Of a stretch of 5,024 bases of DNA, positions 1 to 5,024 are shown in pieces; within the stretch, counting starts at the first letter, position 1, and the number at the start of each line of letters is the position of its first letter. The translations under genes and the position numbers were made by a program. The DNA is from Amoeboradix gromovi X-113. Taxonomy: Eukaryota; Fungi; Sanchytriomycota. The notes below the pieces were generated by a model. The model saw only the letters and a list, made by a program, of their open reading frames with translations, searched no databases and was not told the DNA's origin. The stretch lies in the NCBI GenBank assembly GCA_018985225.1, contig JADGIF010000699.1:1-5024 (forward strand). The letters are read 5' to 3'.

Positions 1-362
1 ACAGAATATTTATTTTTGAAATTCGATACAAAAAGTTATTTATTCTCCTTTCATACTCGTCAACTCCGCAACTAGCTGAATGTCCACTCGCCTCTTAAAT
101 CCATAAAGGAATAAAGCTGAAATAATGTTCCAAGTTGTTACAGATAGTTAGCCCAGTTTTTATATTTGATGTCCCAATCGTTTACTAAATTAAAATCTAT
201 GACTAAATAGGTCTTGATTGGTAGTTGTGATTGGCTAGTTCCCCCATATGACCGACTTAACCTATTTGGTTACAGAAATGGAAATATTATCCTCATTTAC
301 AAACAGCGATCAGGATGAGTTGATACTCTATTTATGCGATACACAATAAATAATTTACTTAA

Positions 363-2594
363 TCATTCCCTATTTGCTATTGACTCTTCATACGCTTTAA
401 TGTTATCACCTGTCCATATTGTGGTCCCTAATTGTGACTTTTGATCAAAAGGTTGTGCCATTGTTCTAAAAAACTTTCTTGCTATTGTTATTCCCATGTC
501 AGACGATAAGTTTATTGTCCCTGGAGTAAATCCATTGCTAATCCACATTGGTAGTTTGTCTCTTTTATCGTTCCTTGAGTATCTCTTATCTGCAAAGACC
601 ATTAATCCATAATCAGTTTTTCCTCGCAGTACTCTTCCTGCACTTTGTGCTGCATGACGTAATGCGTCAAATCCCAGGAAGTCGTTTTCTCTTATTTGGT
701 AATTCTCTCTCAGATACTCTAATCTTGCTTTCAGTATCCTTGACTCGGTATACTGGTAAGGAATTCCAAAAAGTATTACAGCTCTACCATAGTTGTGATC
801 AAAATCGATTCCCTCACTTACTTTACCCCGAGCAACACTTAGTAAACAGGCCCCCCTTCCATTGTTACAAGCGGTTCTGTAGTTTTCTAATGCTAAGCTT
901 GTCTCTGCTGCATCAGGGGTCTCTATGAATACCAATTTGTGCTGTAGCACTTTGTTGATTATGCCCATAACAGACCAGTCTGATATTATAGATTCCATGT
1001 ACAAGTAAGATGGAAAGAAGCAGACCAAACCATCAGGTACAGTTTTGCACATGTCTATCAATAGATTCCCATAATTTCGCACTACGCTAGGATCATTTCT
1101 AATCTCAAATCTACTTGATATAGAAACTTGATCACTACCTCTAGTAATAATCATTGGACAGAATGAATTCCTTAGTTGAGTCATAGGGTAAGACTGACTC
1201 AAAATTGGGGTAAACTGAAGCAGTTTGGGATACATATCTAATGGGCTCAGGGTACCAGAAGTTAAAATTACATTTCTAAATTTATTAAAAACGGGCTTAA
1301 TAGCAATTGAAGCATCTAAGCAGCTTAAGTGAATAATTGGATCTGGCAGCTCTATTTTGTCATTCTCAAAGGGCTCAAATATAATCATAAAACCTTTTAA
1401 ATAAGTAGAAACCAAGGTTGCAAAGTTTGCAAGTCTCATTATGTGTCTATACTCATCAATGTCTTGCAGTTCTAACGTACGTATAAGTGATTGTAATCTC
1501 TCAGCGGAGAATTGTAGTTGTTTACGATCAATTAAGCATATTTCCTTGACATGGTATAGAAATGAAATTGGCTGTTCTATTATAACATGTTGTACTCTCA
1601 TTCTAGTCTTCAAATACTCTATAAATCGTTTTAAAAATTGTATGAAATGTTGTGCTTGTCTTATGTTACCAGGAATTGCTTCATTTAGTACGTCCAATGG
1701 TAGTATAGGATTTGCCATTATATCTGTCGGGTCATTTGCTTGAGCTTTTTTTAAATTTGTAACTAATTTCTCATATTCTAATTTTAACTTGCTCTCATCT
1801 GCTTTTTTTAGTTTAGAAATGTGTTTAGTCAAGGTGATGATAGATTCAGCGCTTTTTTCTAAGCAGTGTTTATCAATATCAATAGACATGGCTTCAATAC
1901 AGACAGAATCAATGTTATGGCTCTCATCCATTATAACAATGCTTTCTTTCAGTAAGTCTCTCGAAACTAACTCGGCAATCTTCGGATCTAGTAGGTAGTG
2001 ATAACTGTAAACTATAATATTGGCCATTGGTAACAATTTACGGGAATAATAATAAGGACAAATGCTATTGAGCTTCCCAAATTGCTTTAACTCTTCTAGT
2101 GTGTAGACTCCTTGCAGTACTTTGAAATCATTTTCCAAGTTTTCATAGTAGTCGCATGTATCAACACTTGAATCAATTTTGTGTTTATCTCTCATAAATG
2201 AAGCAGTCAAGTTTCTACATTTAGCATCTACGGCAGATCCACTGAGCTGTGACACAGATGGGTGGATGCACAAGTTCTTACGACTAGTTAACCCAATTCC
2301 TAAAAATGGCAAGTGCTTGTAACCCGCATTGTACAATCGCTGCAACTCAAGCAATGTCTTCTCCATCTCATGCACGGTACGAGAACAGTATATTATTTTA
2401 CGATTGTGTTTGAAGCCATATGCAAGAGCAACACTTAATAGTGAAATTGTTTTCCCAGTTCCAGAAGGCATTTCTAATAAACAATGACCCTGCTTATCAA
2501 GTACTTTTTTGATGTCTTTCATATACTTGTATTGTTCGGGATAAATGTACTCGTAAGGAAAGAAGATTTCCAAATCATCAATTAAAAATTTCAT
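363..2594 (-). CDS. RAD3: TFIIH/NER 5'-3' DNA helicase XPD (Rad3/Rad15/ERCC2), Fe-S SF2 helicase
   Basis: Uninterrupted 743-aa ORF. It has the typical XPD N-terminus (FPYEYIYPEQYKYM), Walker A (EMPSGTGKT), YCSRTVHE, four Fe-S cysteines (NLC, AKCR, TCDYY, CPYY), Walker B (DESHNID), TSGTLSP, FFPSYLYME, ARGKVSEGIDF and GRVLRGKTDYG. Ends in TGA; no introns are needed. Confidence 0.98.
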   Translation of the reverse strand: MKFLIDDLEIFFPYEYIYPEQYKYMKDIKKVLDKQGHCLLEMPSGTGKTISLLSVALAYGFKHNRKIIYCSRTVHEMEKTLLELQRLYNAGYKHLPFLGIGLTSRKNLCIHPSVSQLSGSAVDAKCRNLTASFMRDKHKIDSSVDTCDYYENLENDFKVLQGVYTLEELKQFGKLNSICPYYYSRKLLPMANIIVYSYHYLLDPKIAELVSRDLLKESIVIMDESHNIDSVCIEAMSIDIDKHCLEKSAESIITLTKHISKLKKADESKLKLEYEKLVTNLKKAQANDPTDIMANPILPLDVLNEAIPGNIRQAQHFIQFLKRFIEYLKTRMRVQHVIIEQPISFLYHVKEICLIDRKQLQFSAERLQSLIRTLELQDIDEYRHIMRLANFATLVSTYLKGFMIIFEPFENDKIELPDPIIHLSCLDASIAIKPVFNKFRNVILTSGTLSPLDMYPKLLQFTPILSQSYPMTQLRNSFCPMIITRGSDQVSISSRFEIRNDPSVVRNYGNLLIDMCKTVPDGLVCFFPSYLYMESIISDWSVMGIINKVLQHKLVFIETPDAAETSLALENYRTACNNGRGACLLSVARGKVSEGIDFDHNYGRAVILFGIPYQYTESRILKARLEYLRENYQIRENDFLGFDALRHAAQSAGRVLRGKTDYGLMVFADKRYSRNDKRDKLPMWISNGFTPGTINLSSDMGITIARKFFRTMAQPFDQKSQLGTTIWTGDNIKAYEESIANRE

Positions 2595-2615
2595 GGAGAA
2601 TATGACGAAAATTTA

Positions 2616-2630
2616 AAAAATGGTTTATTC
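2616..2630 (+). repeat. Direct repeat copy 1 (aaaaatggtttattc), candidate target-site duplication
   Basis: 14/15 identical to 3682-3696 (aaaaatgttttattc). Confidence 0.6.
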
Positions 2631-2775
2631 CATACTTGCTACTCATTAAAGGTACCCGTTTACTAAAACCCAAGAACTTGCGCAAAAAAATAGGCAAAGC
2701 CAGTCACTCCGCTACAACGGCTGCTCAAGCGTCTATTACGCTTAGCGGGATGAAATAGGATGCATAAACATCAAA
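2631..2775 (-). ncRNA. Candidate relic omegaRNA scaffold at the 3' end of the Fanzor-like gene
   Basis: Lies directly downstream of, and overlaps, the RuvC-III-coding end. 2691-2750 is 33/60 G+C in otherwise AT-rich DNA. Nested stems CCGCUA/UAGCGG and AGCGU/ACGCU. Boundaries are inferred. Confidence 0.35.
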
Positions 2776-3672
2776 TATGTCTTCCTTGCTGCCATAAAAT
2801 CCCCGTCTACTTCCAAAATGGAATTTTGTGCATGTTGTGTCTCGTTTTTTTCAATGTCACATCTTGTACGCGTTCGACTAGTAAATGCTTCGCTAAATTC
2901 TAGTATCGTTCCTTTTTCTTTACACATGAGCCTCAAGTACTACTTTGATGAGAAACAGTAGCCGTATTGCTGGCTACTGTACTTGATTAAATGGTCAGCA
3001 TTCAACACAAGCCATGTCTTTGCGAGATAAGCGCACTACTTCTGTTATAGCCTTTTATCAGATCTTTGAAGCGCTTAATTATTACTTGCAGAACTCAATT
3101 TATTGTCGCTTTTTCTAGCCTCTCTTTCATTTTCAAATCTCCTCTTCTTTTCTTTTTATTTACCAGTTTATCAATAACCGACCGCGTTCGTCTATGATAA
3201 TCAAGTACTAGTTAATACAGCTTTCTCTCTAGGCAATAATAACCTCTTAGATTCTTCTGAAGAAATTCTTCTGGTGTGTCTGATACCATTTTCTTTTGCA
3301 AATAAGAAGATTTTTAATGTCTTTAATGTTTCTGATACCAGAGAAGTCCTTAGATACATCACTAAAATGTCTTTCGATGTTGCCTTTTTGTTTATTGGAT
3401 GAGACTCTCGTACACAAGATGACTTTTTTGAGGAAGATGTGGAAATAATGAGTGACAGTTGAATGTGTTGTATTTGGATCAAGAGTCTCTTTGCTGTTGC
3501 TTATTGCCACCTGAATGTTCCTGCAGAAGATTGTATCCTGTATTACTGGATAATCTCTTTAGATTCCCATATTCTGACTGAGGCTTTATGAAGTCATTTT
3601 TAATATAGAAACTACTGATGAATTCATGCAGTTAGAAACTCTAGAGATATTTTATTTGAATGATGGATTCAT
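2742..3672 (-). pseudogene. Decayed Fanzor/TnpB-family RNA-guided endonuclease gene (multiple stops and frameshifts)
   Basis: Manual minus-strand translation. 2939-2856 reads YLRLMCKEKGTILEFSEAFTSRTRTRCD (family consensus ~K.KE.G..V..V.E.YTS.TC..CG). 2832-2821 reads CTKF in a shifted frame (second CxxC). 2816-2772 reads LEVDGDFMAARKTYL (consensus ~L.IDRD.NAARNI.L). Upstream, IKRFKDLIK (3079-3053) followed by shifted L*QK*CAYLAKTW (3050-3012) resembles the 'I.NL..DLH.K.A.YL..NY' segment. The 5' boundary (ATG at 3672) is tentative. Confidence 0.8.
2955..2980. repeat. 9-bp perfect inverted repeat with 8-nt spacer (acagtagcc ... ggctactgt)
   Basis: Arms at 2955-2963 and 2972-2980, read directly from the sequence. 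Confidence 0.8.
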
Positions 3673-3681
3673 TTAATCACG

Positions 3682-3696
3682 AAAAATGTTTTATTC
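3682..3696 (+). repeat. Direct repeat copy 2 (aaaaatgttttattc); overlaps the PRE1 stop codon and contains AATAAA on the minus strand
   Basis: 14/15 identical to 2616-2630. Confidence 0.6.
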
Positions 3697-4273
3697 AATT
3701 AGAATCGATACTTACTGTTTTAATACCATCAGCTGTAATTACCTGACATTGCCATTTCTTTAAATTGATCGTATATCTAGTCTTTAATCCAAGAATACAC
3801 TTCTTAATCACATCAATGCATTCTTGTTCATTCATATCCTTTTTAAAGTATTTATCCATTGTAGACATGCAAAAATATTGACTATGTCCTTGTGCCGCAA
3901 ACTCAAGCTCCTGGATGCTTCCCAAGTAATCAATCCAATATAGCTTTCCGCCCTTGTTATATCCAGCAACCATGCAATTCACTTGATAAGGTCTAGAGCG
4001 CAATCCTTCTGCCAACTGCTGTTTAATAAAGAAAGCACAGGCATTGGTGGTTAGCGGTTCGTTTCTGATAGAATACAACTCAACATTTCTTTGTATGTAA
4101 TCAATAAACTGATTACAATCACCAGGTTCCCCACCGTAAGCCAAGACAGTATGATCTGTTAACTTAGCAATTCTGTCATGGGTATCTTTTAGCACAAGAA
4201 TGGATCTTTGAGCCATTGTGTCTACAGCAAGAACGACACAGTCTTTACCTACCAAGCCAATTGATTGCTCCAT
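3695..4273 (-). CDS. PRE1: 20S proteasome subunit beta type-2 (beta-4; PRE1/PSMB2), non-catalytic
   Basis: 192-aa ORF with beta-4 signatures: MEQSIGLVGKDCVVLA, RSILVLKD, GEPGD..QF..YIQRNVELY.IRN, LRSRPYQVN, LYWIDYLG, STMDKYF. No propeptide or N-terminal catalytic Thr. Ends in TGA; intronless. Confidence 0.95.
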   Translation of the reverse strand: MEQSIGLVGKDCVVLAVDTMAQRSILVLKDTHDRIAKLTDHTVLAYGGEPGDCNQFIDYIQRNVELYSIRNEPLTTNACAFFIKQQLAEGLRSRPYQVNCMVAGYNKGGKLYWIDYLGSIQELEFAAQGHSQYFCMSTMDKYFKKDMNEQECIDVIKKCILGLKTRYTINLKKWQCQVITADGIKTVSIDSN

Positions 4274-4433
4274 TTGTATTAAAAATTATAACTAAATTGC
4301 AAGAAATTTCAGCTGTCAAAACGAACGCTGCTGATGCAAGTTTTAAGCTAATATCCAGCATCAGGTTTTTTATATACTTGTGGGTTCTAATTTAAAAATT
4401 CAGATATTAGATCATCCTGGAACTTTGCAAAAA

Positions 4434-4854
4434 TTATACTAATTCAATAAAATAAGAAGAGCCATTTAAGTACAGAGATCCCGTATTCATCACCAATTTT
4501 AAGTGACAGCTTGCTCTAATGTATTCCTCTTCTTTTTCAATGAGTCTTTTACCATGCTCAATAGACTTCGTATGACATTTGAATAGTTTTAAAACGTATT
4601 CACATCTTGTTCCATGGTTAGATCTCATTGGCATGATGACAAGAAAGTGTGAATAGTTGTTAAAAAATTATACTGCTGCAGAAACATGATTAATAAGGAT
4701 CGATTACTATAGCATCTTGCTTGTGCAGCTTGACTATTTTCTTTAATAAATCATTTATCGCGAGTTTGTATATATTTTTGTATCATTTCAAGACTTTTCC
4801 AGATTTTTCTAATGGCTTAAATACTCGATATTCTTCCTTTTCATCAATGGTAAA
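4434..4854 (-). pseudogene. Possible degraded protein-kinase-like fragments
   Basis: 4634-4434 reads YVLKLFK...RLIEKEEEYIRASCHLKLVMNTGSLYLNGSSYFIELV, with spacing like kinase subdomains II-V. 4854-4693 reads EEYRVFKPLEKSGKVLK*YKNIYKLAINDLLKKIVKLHKQDAIVIDPY, loosely like V-VIb. No GxGxxG, HRD or DFG was found. Confidence 0.3.
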
Positions 4855-5024
4855 TCAATTCTAAAGAGATAACTAGCAGGTACAGCATATATTCGTCTCA
4901 GACTGATAAGCTGGTCCAAACATGGAAATTCGATGCCATGTACAATACTTGGTACTCTAAAGAAAACCAATTTGGAGAGCTATTCATGTGCATAGTGTCA
5001 TTTGGGAGTTGACATGGACCACAT

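Larger units (their letters stand above)
2631..3681 (-). mobile_element. Fossil Fanzor-carrying insertion between PRE1 and XPD
   Basis: Contains the Fanzor/TnpB relic and is bounded by a 15-bp direct repeat with one mismatch. No transposase or convincing terminal inverted repeats were seen. Confidence 0.55.

Noticed and set aside
40-147. Minus-strand peptide LSVTTWNIISALFLYGFKRRVDIQLVAEL, reminiscent of an EEP/APE endonuclease N-terminus
   Set aside because: Too short, bounded by stops, with compressed spacing and no downstream motifs; cannot be supported without a search.
548-1998. + strand ORFs 548-928, 1441-1743 and 1789-1998
   Set aside because: Antisense shadows within XPD with no recognisable motifs.
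3201-3510. Overlapping 93-aa and 87-aa minus-strand ORFs as independent genes
   Set aside because: They have non-ATG starts and overlap each other. The 87-aa frame is most likely a piece of the Fanzor relic.
2620-3672. TAA/TAG stop-codon reassignment: both real genes end in TGA, and reading through TAR yields two convergent ORFs (+2620-3069, -3672-3133)
   Set aside because: XPD (743 codons) and PRE1 have no in-frame TAA/TAG despite many Gln residues. The + strand read-through product resembles nothing, and the region is better explained as a frameshifted Fanzor pseudogene.
2631-3681. Terminal inverted repeats or a transposase/serine recombinase for the element
   Set aside because: The ends share only short AT-rich matches, and no TnpA/DDE motifs were recognised.
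1-5024. CRISPR array, tRNA or rRNA genes
   Set aside because: No regularly spaced repeats, cloverleaf or rRNA-like sequence seen.

Overview
AT-rich, gene-dense, intron-free eukaryotic DNA; the protein sequences look fungal or early-diverging opisthokont (inference). There are two intact housekeeping genes on the minus strand: the TFIIH helicase XPD/Rad3 (363-2594) and 20S proteasome subunit beta-4, PRE1/PSMB2 (3695-4273). The ~1.1 kb between them, which the ORF track shows only as short ORFs, is a heavily decayed Fanzor/TnpB-like RNA-guided nuclease gene on the minus strand. Its C-terminal E-x-F-T-S / zinc-finger / D-x-D-x-x-A-A-R motifs are still readable. It is followed by a GC-rich structured segment where an omegaRNA would be expected, and the whole insert is bracketed by a 15-bp near-perfect direct repeat. 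The right end of the window holds weak, broken protein-kinase-like fragments. Bases 1-360 are unexplained.
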